Shown: piece by piece, positions 19,664 through 27,757 of the stretch
Layout of the letters: every line of letters starts with the position of its first letter
Position numbering within the stretch: position 1 is the first letter of the stretch
Assembly: GCA_045638445.1 (NCBI GenBank)
Contig: JAZUBJ010000048.1
Coordinates: forward strand, 1 to 38,286
DNA from: Bacilli bacterium
Lineage (GTDB): Bacteria > Bacillota_I > Bacilli_A > RF39 > UBA660
Direction of reading: 5' to 3'
Length of the DNA stretch: 38,286 bases
The notes under the pieces: model-generated
The model's database searches: none
Seen by the model: the letters and a program-made list of their open reading frames with translations, nothing else
What the model was told of the DNA's origin: nothing
Program-made: the position numbers and the translations under genes

Positions 19664-20156
19664 ATTTCTTCTCCATCTTTATTTTATTTAAACAATCAAT
19701 TAAATTAAATTCATCACTTGAATCTTTCCACCATTTTTTATCATAATGCTCTATTGCATAAAGAATATCATTTTCACGAGCACCAATTTTCTTCAAACAT
19801 TCAATTTGTTTAGTTAAACAATACATTTCAGCACTATAACCACAGTATTCTTTTGAAGGATTTTTGTTATCCATTAAAGCATCATTAAATAACTTTCCAT
19901 GATATGCTTCATGAACAAGAGCAGCAGCATACCATTTTAAATCATATTCACAACATACCTTTGTCATAAAAGCAGTAGGTACTTCTTTAAAAGGATCAAA
20001 ATAAGATAAACCAATATCTACTTTATTTTCAACAATCGCCCCTAAATTTTGAATAACAACTTTATAACTCATAAAATCTTTTTCTCGTAAAAGAAGCAAA
20101 CATTCCTTTGTTCTATCAATAAAATTTCTACTTCCTATTAATCTAATTTTTCCCAT
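19644..20156 (-). CDS. Single-domain HExxH (zincin-like) protein, paralog of the downstream gene
   Basis: LVHEAYH...AEMYCLTKQIECLKKIGA; shares MSYKVVIQN and EVPT with the neighbour. Confidence 0.7.
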   Translation of the reverse strand: MGKIRLIGSRNFIDRTKECLLLLREKDFMSYKVVIQNLGAIVENKVDIGLSYFDPFKEVPTAFMTKVCCEYDLKWYAAALVHEAYHGKLFNDALMDNKNPSKEYCGYSAEMYCLTKQIECLKKIGARENDILYAIEHYDKKWWKDSSDEFNLIDCLNKIKMEKKYGDNWR

Positions 20157-20158
20157 AA

Positions 20159-20995
20159 TTATCTCCTCAATACAAGCAATTTAACATTTTCTCTAAGAGT
20201 TTCAATATAACCAGAGCCCCTTAAAATATCATTAAATGCTTTCTCAACATCACTATCAAAACGATAAAAATAATTAATAATTTCTCCATTTTTATCTAAA
20301 TTAAAATTACTTTTTAAAAAATCAACTAAATCATCTATATTATCAGCTTTATAATAATAAGAAAGAATATTAGATAAATTAATCAAATCATAGCTTTTAT
20401 CTATTCTCCTCTTTGTAATATCACATACACTACCAGAAATATTAAAACTATCATATTTTAAAATATTTTTAAGTTTCTGATAATTATCATCTTGTAAGTA
20501 AGGATTATATAATATAGCCATTTTTTCCAAAATTAAATCACTTCTAAATAATAAAGAATTATATATATCATATCCATCATCATACATAAATAAATAATCC
20601 CAAAATTCTTTATATTTTCCACTTAAAAACAAAGATATTTTTTCATACATTTCATCATTAAATATTACATTTCTATCATCAGAAAAATAAAACTTTAAAA
20701 AATCTTCCTTACTCAAAGCAAGAATACTTGCTAACTTTAAATGCATAAAATAAATTGGAAAAACAGATATATCAAAAACATCAATATTTCTACTTCCTGC
20801 AAGAAGAGAATTTGCAATTTGACACCCACTCCCAACTACACTTAAAACATTTTTTTTATTAATTAAATGATGAAAATAAGAACTCATATTTTCATTAGTA
20901 AACCTATATATAGAACTTGTTTCACTAAAAGTACTATTACCAAAATTAATCATATCACCACGAACAATTAAATTAGCTCTTACCATATCATCCAT
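20159..20995 (-). CDS. DUF3419/BtaA-like SAM-dependent transferase
   Basis: IYRFTNEN, VLSVVGSG, FDIS, LKLA and YDLINLSNI motifs; class I SAM fold. Confidence 0.65.
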   Translation of the reverse strand: MDDMVRANLIVRGDMINFGNSTFSETSSIYRFTNENMSSYFHHLINKKNVLSVVGSGCQIANSLLAGSRNIDVFDISVFPIYFMHLKLASILALSKEDFLKFYFSDDRNVIFNDEMYEKISLFLSGKYKEFWDYLFMYDDGYDIYNSLLFRSDLILEKMAILYNPYLQDDNYQKLKNILKYDSFNISGSVCDITKRRIDKSYDLINLSNILSYYYKADNIDDLVDFLKSNFNLDKNGEIINYFYRFDSDVEKAFNDILRGSGYIETLRENVKLLVLRR

Positions 20996-21004
20996 ATAAA
21001 ACTC

Positions 21005-21727
21005 CTAATACCAAGTTATTTTATCTTTTGGTAATTTTTGTAAAATTACTCTTTCCTCAGATATATCCTTTTCCTGTAAATATCTAATATTTTTATAAAA
21101 CTTTTTAATATCATTAAGTTCTTCACTTGTAAGTTCTCTATTCATCGGAAAACCAAGTAAACATTTTGATTCACAAGCACCTAAATTTTGATCCCACATA
21201 TATATTTCATTTTCTTTTTCATAATCATCAACTACATCTAAAACAGGAGTTAACAATTCAATATTAAATTTCTTACACAAATCTCTAAATTCATTTAATA
21301 ATTCATCTTGTTCTATAGCAAATAATTGACTCTTTCTTGCACCCTCAGCAATATATGAAATACCCATTTTACGAGCAAGAGCAATTGAATATGTATACAT
21401 AGCCATTCTACATAACAAACATCTATATTGACTTATAGATATTTTTCCACACTTTTCAAACAGCTCTTTAGCATTTAAGTTTTCAATATCAGCTACATTC
21501 CTATAATATAGAAAATAACTCGCAGTACTTGCTATACCCAAAAATTCAACATCATTTTTGAATCTATTTATTAATCTTTCAGCACCTTTTTGTATATTTT
21601 CACTTCCAATAGATGAACCATTATCAAAATTAATTAAATATACCTTATATCCATCCCTAACTAATCTAATACAAGAAAGAATACTATCAAGACCACCAGA
21701 ATACATTAAAATCACTTCTTTTTTCAT
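21005..21727 (-). CDS. PP-loop adenine-nucleotide alpha-hydrolase (ThiI/QueC-like)
   Basis: MYSGGLDS PP-loop, CLLCR, AEGARKSQ, LLTPV and a late ESKCLLG Cys. Confidence 0.8.
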   Translation of the reverse strand: MKKEVILMYSGGLDSILSCIRLVRDGYKVYLINFDNGSSIGSENIQKGAERLINRFKNDVEFLGIASTASYFLYYRNVADIENLNAKELFEKCGKISISQYRCLLCRMAMYTYSIALARKMGISYIAEGARKSQLFAIEQDELLNEFRDLCKKFNIELLTPVLDVVDDYEKENEIYMWDQNLGACESKCLLGFPMNRELTSEELNDIKKFYKNIRYLQEKDISEERVILQKLPKDKITWY

Positions 21728-22158
21728 ATATGTAATTTCCTAATAATTTCATCTTTATTTGTTTCAATTAAGCCATTGCCACCTTCATTTTGAGAAGTAA
21801 GTTTAACAAGGTGATCACTCATAGACTCAAAAAAATAATCATCATCAATAATACAATAATGTTGAATTTCAGGATGAGTATTCAAGTAATCAATAACTTC
21901 TTCTTCTCTACTACCTAATTTTTTAGTATAACCAAGTACTACAACACCATAACTACTAAGAACATTTATTAAATTGTTCATAATTTCATTATGTCTACCA
22001 TTCCTATAAAAATAATCTTTATTAGAAGAAGTAATAACAATCTTCGATTCTGTTAAATTGATTACATTCAAAAGAATATTTAAATTATTTTCATCAATAA
22101 CATCCATATTATCATATGTATCTAAAACGCCATTAAAATCTAAAAATATAACATTCAT
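21724..22158 (-). CDS. HAD-superfamily protein (HAD_SAK_2-like), DxN variant
   Basis: VIFLDFNGVLD, IVITSS and YCIIDDD. True start at 22158 follows an AGAGGGGA RBS. Confidence 0.8.
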   Translation of the reverse strand: MNVIFLDFNGVLDTYDNMDVIDENNLNILLNVINLTESKIVITSSNKDYFYRNGRHNEIMNNLINVLSSYGVVVLGYTKKLGSREEEVIDYLNTHPEIQHYCIIDDDYFFESMSDHLVKLTSQNEGGNGLIETNKDEIIRKLHI

Positions 22159-22178
22159 ATTATCCCCTCTTGGCTCGT

Positions 22179-22211
22179 TATTATAACAAAAAAAGAGTAG
22201 AAAATCTACTC
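22179..22211 (-). terminator. Terminator hairpin overlapping the stop codon, followed by an extended -10 promoter
   Basis: Minus strand GAGTAG-ATTTT-CTACTC-TTTTTTTG-T-TATAAT. Confidence 0.65.
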
Positions 22212-23459
22212 TATAATTGTTCCACCCCATTCAATAACACTATAACCTTTTCTTTTAACTGGAGTAAGTACTTGCTCTTTAACATTTATTTTTTCATCTA
22301 ATCCTTTAAAGGTCATTAATATTCTTATTACACTATCAGGTTTAGGTTCAATACTCAATCCCATATTTTCATCAATCTCTTCAATTGTAGCAAATCTAAT
22401 ATAATTATATTTATTCTTTTTTAGTATTGGTAACCAGTAAATAATAAATTCTTCACTCTCACGAGAATTTAAACCAAGAATCTCAAGTTTATTTTCTAAA
22501 AATGGAATAATTTCTTCTTCACTAACAACAAAACCATCATCCATAACATTAAAATTAACTTTATTTAAAGATTCATAATACAAAGAATATAATTCACGAT
22601 TTGTTTTTTTATCAATCAAAGTTCCATCAGCTAAAGCTCTTACATCCCAATAATTATTGTATTCTGGATAAGAAACAATAATTCTATCTTCACTTTCAAG
22701 TTTAACTTTAACATCCATTTCTTTTTCAGGATAAATATAAATAACAGGTTTATAGTCAACAGTAGGATCACTACTATTAGTTCCACTTACATTAACAGAT
22801 ATATCCATATCAGCATATTTTTTATCAAGTTCTATAAAATGCAATGATGTATACTTATCAGCAACAACACCATAAGAATCTTTACTAAAATATAGAGTTA
22901 ACTTATTATTATCTAAACAAATATCCTCTAAAATATGAGTATTAAGAATCATATTACTTGTTATATCTTCAACAACAATAAATACCTTATCATTAAATTT
23001 TTCACTTGTAATATTCGCTTCACCCATTATTTTTTTAATATCTTTATATCTTTGATCATTCATAACTTTATAATTATCAATTTCTCTAGTTTTATTATCT
23101 TCATCAAGAAACTCATTATTATTTATAAATTCAACATAATTATTATAACTTTCTTCAGTCCAAGTATCTAAAACACTAACAAAAGAATTGTAGTCTTCAA
23201 TAGATTTTAAAACTATATAATCTTCTTCTAATATTTTCTCATCTTCAAGATACATTGTGAAGTTCTCTCCTACACTCTCAAAAATAACTATATCTTCTTT
23301 AGGTTCCTCACTTTGTCTTCCCCTAATAATCGCAGTAATAAATATAATAGATATACCCACTAAAAATAAAGTTACACCAACTATTCTAGTAATTAATATA
23401 ATTTTATCTTGTTGTTTCTTTACTTGTTCAGAAGATAACTTTTTATCACTCTTTTTCAT
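22206..23459 (-). CDS. Membrane-anchored protein with C-terminal KPVIYxYP...EWGG domain of unknown function
   Basis: N-terminal TM; KPVIYIYPE, YSLYYE, EFIIYWLP, IEPKPD and VIEWGG motifs. Confidence 0.75.
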   Translation of the reverse strand: MKKSDKKLSSEQVKKQQDKIILITRIVGVTLFLVGISIIFITAIIRGRQSEEPKEDIVIFESVGENFTMYLEDEKILEEDYIVLKSIEDYNSFVSVLDTWTEESYNNYVEFINNNEFLDEDNKTREIDNYKVMNDQRYKDIKKIMGEANITSEKFNDKVFIVVEDITSNMILNTHILEDICLDNNKLTLYFSKDSYGVVADKYTSLHFIELDKKYADMDISVNVSGTNSSDPTVDYKPVIYIYPEKEMDVKVKLESEDRIIVSYPEYNNYWDVRALADGTLIDKKTNRELYSLYYESLNKVNFNVMDDGFVVSEEEIIPFLENKLEILGLNSRESEEFIIYWLPILKKNKYNYIRFATIEEIDENMGLSIEPKPDSVIRILMTFKGLDEKINVKEQVLTPVKRKGYSVIEWGGTIIE

Positions 23460-23505
23460 ACAACACCTCTATAATAAGTTTATCAAATAAAAACATGTAT
23501 TTCAA

Positions 23506-23997
23506 TTACTTAAGTACATGTTTACTGCTATTCAAAATATTTCTATATATTAAACAAAAATCATCTTGTAAAGTTAAACCACTATCTAAATTTCTTGAAT
23601 AAAATCCATTAAACAAAGGAGAAAAACTAATCATATAAAAACTTTTATTAATATTATATTTTTCAAAAAAAGGATTATAAACTCTCAATATAAATTTATC
23701 ATCTTTTCTCTCTATAATTAATCTATTAATCCTACTAATACTATCTTCATCCTCAATATCACAATACTGATCAGATAACCAAATTAATAAATCTTTATTT
23801 TTAAAAGAAGGAATATTTTCTTGAAAAATATAATTATTATCCATAATAAACGAAATGCTATCATAAAAATCACTATCTTTATCAATAATCATTTCTTTAG
23901 AATTAAATATCCAAACAAACTCATCTGCTACATATTTCATTTCTAAAACACATTCATTATCTTTTACAAAAACTACTTCATCATTAATATAAACCAT
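23506..23997 (-). CDS. Hypothetical protein
   Basis: 163-aa ORF overlapping the HD gene by 14 bp. Confidence 0.7.
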   Translation of the reverse strand: MVYINDEVVFVKDNECVLEMKYVADEFVWIFNSKEMIIDKDSDFYDSISFIMDNNYIFQENIPSFKNKDLLIWLSDQYCDIEDEDSISRINRLIIERKDDKFILRVYNPFFEKYNINKSFYMISFSPLFNGFYSRNLDSGLTLQDDFCLIYRNILNSSKHVLK

Positions 23998-24562
23998 TAT
24001 TATCTTTTAACTCCAAAACTCTCTTTGATTGATCATAATATTTTTCAAGTAAATAATGAAATTCACTACTTTGAGACAATAAATCTGCTCTTTTTAATTT
24101 AAATAGTAAAGTTAATTCCTCTCTTGAAAAAATATTAATAATTTCATACAATTCTTCTTCAGTTAAATGTTCAAAATTTATATCATGGTATTTAATCAAT
24201 TTAGAAATTTGTTCAATATCATTTTCACTAAATAAGTTTCTTTTAGCAAACTTTAAAAACAATTCTAAAGATTTATCCCAATGTCCATAAAAATGTCCAA
24301 CACCATTCTCATCTTCACTATAAACATATGGTTTTCCTATATCATGAAATAAAGCAGCATATCTCAAATTTATATTACTAGCATCCACATAATCTACTAC
24401 ATTTAACGTATGATCATAAACATCATATATATGCCACTTATTGTTTTGTTTAAACCCCTTTGATACTTTTAATTCAGGTATTAAATCAAAAATCATGTCT
24501 TCATATAACTTTATATAAATACTAGGTTTATTTAATGATAGTATTTCATTTAAAAATCTCAT
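23984..24562 (-). CDS. Stand-alone HD-domain protein resembling the C-terminal half of CCA/poly(A) polymerase-family enzymes
   Basis: IPEL..SKGFKQ...WHIYDVYDHTL, AALFHDIGKP, HFYGH, IKYHD and AD motifs; no nucleotidyltransferase head. Confidence 0.85.
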   Translation of the reverse strand: MRFLNEILSLNKPSIYIKLYEDMIFDLIPELKVSKGFKQNNKWHIYDVYDHTLNVVDYVDASNINLRYAALFHDIGKPYVYSEDENGVGHFYGHWDKSLELFLKFAKRNLFSENDIEQISKLIKYHDINFEHLTEEELYEIINIFSREELTLLFKLKRADLLSQSSEFHYLLEKYYDQSKRVLELKDNNGLY

Positions 24563-24571
24563 AATTTCCCC

Positions 24572-25279
24572 CTATAATCCAAAAAATATTCCTCCAATTA
24601 ATTCTTTTTCTGGATAATCACTTTCTAAAAATACTTTTTCAAACTTATCTCTATTATACAATAATTCTTTCTTTTCAATATTATATTTTCCATCATTTAT
24701 ATTAACAATAAAATAATGCGTCTTATTATCAGCTGTACAGCCACTACTACCAACATCAAATACCTTTTTATTATTATAATTCATCTCAAATACTCTATGT
24801 TCATGTCCTATAAATATTAAATCACTTTCTTCTTTTTCAATAATATCATTAATTTCACTAGTACTCAAAATATCAATTGAATAAAACGGATAATCTAAAT
24901 TACTATCCTTTTGAAAAAAATGTTTAAACGAAACTTTTACTCCTTCAAATTCCTCATTTATTTCTAGATTACAGTTTAATAAGTAATTTCTATGAGTATC
25001 ATCAAGATTACTTCTTATCCATGATTGATGTTCTTTTTCAATTTCACTAATATTTTCATCAATATCTACTCCACGAAGAAAATAAAGTTCATGATTACCA
25101 AGTATCATGTTTATATTGTTATTCATAACTAATTCCAAACATTCTTTAGGATTAGGTCCTTTACTCAATACATCTCCAAGAAAATAAACTTTATCATAAT
25201 TATTTTTATTTATATCATATATTACAGCATCAAGTGCTTCATAATTAGAATGTATATCAGAAAACACTGCAATTCTCAT
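24572..25279 (-). CDS. Calcineurin-like metallophosphoesterase
   Basis: SDIHSN, LGD, GNHE, GHEH and GS motifs. Confidence 0.92.
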   Translation of the reverse strand: MRIAVFSDIHSNYEALDAVIYDINKNNYDKVYFLGDVLSKGPNPKECLELVMNNNINMILGNHELYFLRGVDIDENISEIEKEHQSWIRSNLDDTHRNYLLNCNLEINEEFEGVKVSFKHFFQKDSNLDYPFYSIDILSTSEINDIIEKEESDLIFIGHEHRVFEMNYNNKKVFDVGSSGCTADNKTHYFIVNINDGKYNIEKKELLYNRDKFEKVFLESDYPEKELIGGIFFGL

Positions 25280-25280
25280 A

Positions 25281-25907
25281 TTAATCCTCCACCACTACTC
25301 CTAAATTACTAACAATATATTTGCATTGAAATGTATCAACTTTTATTCCCTTCAAAGAATAATTATCAAATATAATACCACACATATCATTACTTCTAAA
25401 ATCAATTTCTTTTAAATTAGTATTTGAAAATCTAGAAAAACTAAAATTATTATCAGTAATTTCCATATTTTTAACAAAACACTCATTAAATGAAGACTCT
25501 TTTAAAAAAGAAGAATTAATTTTAACATTAGATATATTACTACCAGAAAAATTAATATATTCACAACTAGAATTATCAAAAAAAACATCTTTCAAAGAAC
25601 AATCTATAAAAGATACACCAGTCATTTTACAATTATTAAATTCAACACGAGAAATATATTTATTATTAAAACTCTTATTAGATAAATCACAATTATTAAA
25701 AACAACATCTAAAAATTCAACATCCTCAAACTCAACTAAATCAAAATTAATATTATTAAATATACAAGAATCAATAGTAGTATTACTTATTACTATTTTA
25801 TTAAGAGGATTTTCATTTATTTCAAAATTACAAAATTCGTTATCTAAAAGAATATCACCAAATTTAAATTCACTTGTTATTTTTATTTTAGGTTTATTTA
25901 TTTTCAT
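25281..25907 (-). CDS. Pentapeptide repeat protein
   Basis: Repeating five-residue units such as F.NCDLS, F.NCKMTG and F.DCSL. Confidence 0.9.
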   Translation of the reverse strand: MKINKPKIKITSEFKFGDILLDNEFCNFEINENPLNKIVISNTTIDSCIFNNINFDLVEFEDVEFLDVVFNNCDLSNKSFNNKYISRVEFNNCKMTGVSFIDCSLKDVFFDNSSCEYINFSGSNISNVKINSSFLKESSFNECFVKNMEITDNNFSFSRFSNTNLKEIDFRSNDMCGIIFDNYSLKGIKVDTFQCKYIVSNLGVVVED

Positions 25908-26827
25908 TTAATCACCTTTTTAATAAATTTAGAAATAATATCTAAATATAATTTAGGATTTTCAAAATAAGAAGCACAATGATCAGCATTATCTATCAAA
26001 TTATATTCAACTTTCTTCTTATCAGATTTATATAACTCTTCACTTAATTTATAACTTATTGTATTATCATTTTTACCATGAATTATAAGTATTGGTAATT
26101 TAGTTTTTTTAACACTTTTAAGTGATGTATGATATTTAATGTTAAAGTCACCAAATAAAACTCCAGAATTACAAGCCAAAATTGAAACCAACTTAACTGG
26201 TAACTTCTTACGCCTTATTGTTTCATTCATAACTTCAAGAGGACTATCAAATGGAGCATCTGCTATTATACCACACACATTTTTACTCATAACTAAATCA
26301 CTAGCCATTAAAACAGTCGAAGCACCCATTGAAGTTCCAGCTAAAATTATTTTATTATTAGGAAATCTATCACTAATATATTTAACCCAGACCGCAACAT
26401 CACGTCTTTCCTTAATTCCAAAAGTAATAGTTTTCCCTTCACTCTCATAATGAGCTCTTTGACAAACTAAAAGTACATTATAATTATTATCAAAAACAAA
26501 TTTCTTTATTCCTAAATTATTATCTTTATAATTTCCCCTATAACCATGAAAACTTATAACAATAGGTTTCTTTTCATCAAGAATATATAATTTACCAAAT
26601 AACTTTAAATTATCAAATGACTCAACAAATACATCTTCATGAGACAATTTATATTTTTCATATATCTCTTTTTTAACATCATTCATTACTTTTCTTTGTT
26701 CAGACGTATAATTAATTTTAACAAGTTTACTAGGTTTATCACATCTGTAAAATATAACTCTATAAATTATAAAAGTCACTAACAAATAAACAAAAGTAAT
26801 AGAAAGTAAAACATAAATAAATATCAT
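25904..26827 (-). CDS. Membrane-anchored alpha/beta hydrolase
   Basis: N-terminal TM, FHGY, GTSMG nucleophile, IHGKND and ADH. Confidence 0.9.
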   Translation of the reverse strand: MIFIYVLLSITFVYLLVTFIIYRVIFYRCDKPSKLVKINYTSEQRKVMNDVKKEIYEKYKLSHEDVFVESFDNLKLFGKLYILDEKKPIVISFHGYRGNYKDNNLGIKKFVFDNNYNVLLVCQRAHYESEGKTITFGIKERRDVAVWVKYISDRFPNNKIILAGTSMGASTVLMASDLVMSKNVCGIIADAPFDSPLEVMNETIRRKKLPVKLVSILACNSGVLFGDFNIKYHTSLKSVKKTKLPILIIHGKNDNTISYKLSEELYKSDKKKVEYNLIDNADHCASYFENPKLYLDIISKFIKKVIK

Positions 26828-27693
26828 AATAACTCCTTATTTTTAATTCTTTTATTTTCAAGTCTCTTAAGAAAACCACAGGTTTTACATAAATCGCAAA
26901 CTATCTTACCATTACCAAAATTATCTTTTATAAATTTAGTTTTTTCTTTATTTAAAATTGATTCTAAATCTTCTTCAAATATATTACCAAGAGGAATATC
27001 CCCATTATTATCAAGACAACAAGGTACAACTGTACCATCTACTAATATAGCAATTTGTTTTCTAAGAGCCCAACATTTTCCCTTCTCAATAATTTTTTCA
27101 CCCTTCATACTAGGCCAAGTAAATTCAATATCCTGATTTATATATATATGTTCATTTATTTCAAAAGCATTTTTTAATTTCAATTTTTCCTTCAAATCAT
27201 TAAGTTCATAATAATTCTCAAGTTCACTAATTATATAACTATTAACATCATTATTTCGAATATCTTCTAAATTCCATAATCTATAAGAAATCGTAATTCC
27301 ATTAAGTTCACTAACACAATCAAATATATTTTTTAAATATAAACTAGACATATGATCATTTTGATTATAACTATGAAGTGAAAAATTAATTTGTTTTATA
27401 CACTTAGCATTCTTTAAAACATCCAAATTCTCTTTTATTAAAGTACCATTAGTCGTAATATTAACCTGTAAATTATACTTATGAATTATGTCTAAAATAC
27501 CTTCAAGATTTTTATGCAATAATGGTTCACCCTTAACATGAAGAGTAACAACTTTAGTATAATTACAAACCTTTTTTATAACCTCTTCAAATTCGATTAA
27601 ACTCATCATCCTAGCTTCTCTTCCACAAGGAATACAAAACTCACATTTTAAATTACACATATTAGTTATTTCAATATAAATTTTCTTAAACAT
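26824..27693 (-). CDS. Radical SAM protein with SPASM/twitch domain
   Basis: CNLKCEFC motif, GEPLLH, TTNG, and C-terminal C...DGTVVPCC...GNI...CKTC. Confidence 0.92.
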   Translation of the reverse strand: MFKKIYIEITNMCNLKCEFCIPCGREARMMSLIEFEEVIKKVCNYTKVVTLHVKGEPLLHKNLEGILDIIHKYNLQVNITTNGTLIKENLDVLKNAKCIKQINFSLHSYNQNDHMSSLYLKNIFDCVSELNGITISYRLWNLEDIRNNDVNSYIISELENYYELNDLKEKLKLKNAFEINEHIYINQDIEFTWPSMKGEKIIEKGKCWALRKQIAILVDGTVVPCCLDNNGDIPLGNIFEEDLESILNKEKTKFIKDNFGNGKIVCDLCKTCGFLKRLENKRIKNKELL

Positions 27694-27715
27694 AACACAC
27701 CTAATTTCTAAAAAT

Positions 27716-27757
27716 AATTATATCAAAACAAAATAAAAAATGCTATTTCTAGCATTT
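27716..27757. repeat. 42-bp direct repeat, copy 1 (terminator plus extended -10)
   Basis: AATTATATCAAAACAAAATAAAAAATGCTATTTCTAGCATTT, identical to 29582-29623. Confidence 0.95.

Noticed and set aside
21005-21727. Calling this gene queC, or a Qat/Dpd system
   Set aside because: It lacks the QueC zinc motif, and no queD/queE/folE, TatD or KAP-ATPase partner is in the window.
25281-25907. Qnr quinolone-resistance gene
   Set aside because: Pentapeptide repeats alone are not diagnostic, and no Qnr-specific sequence was recognised.
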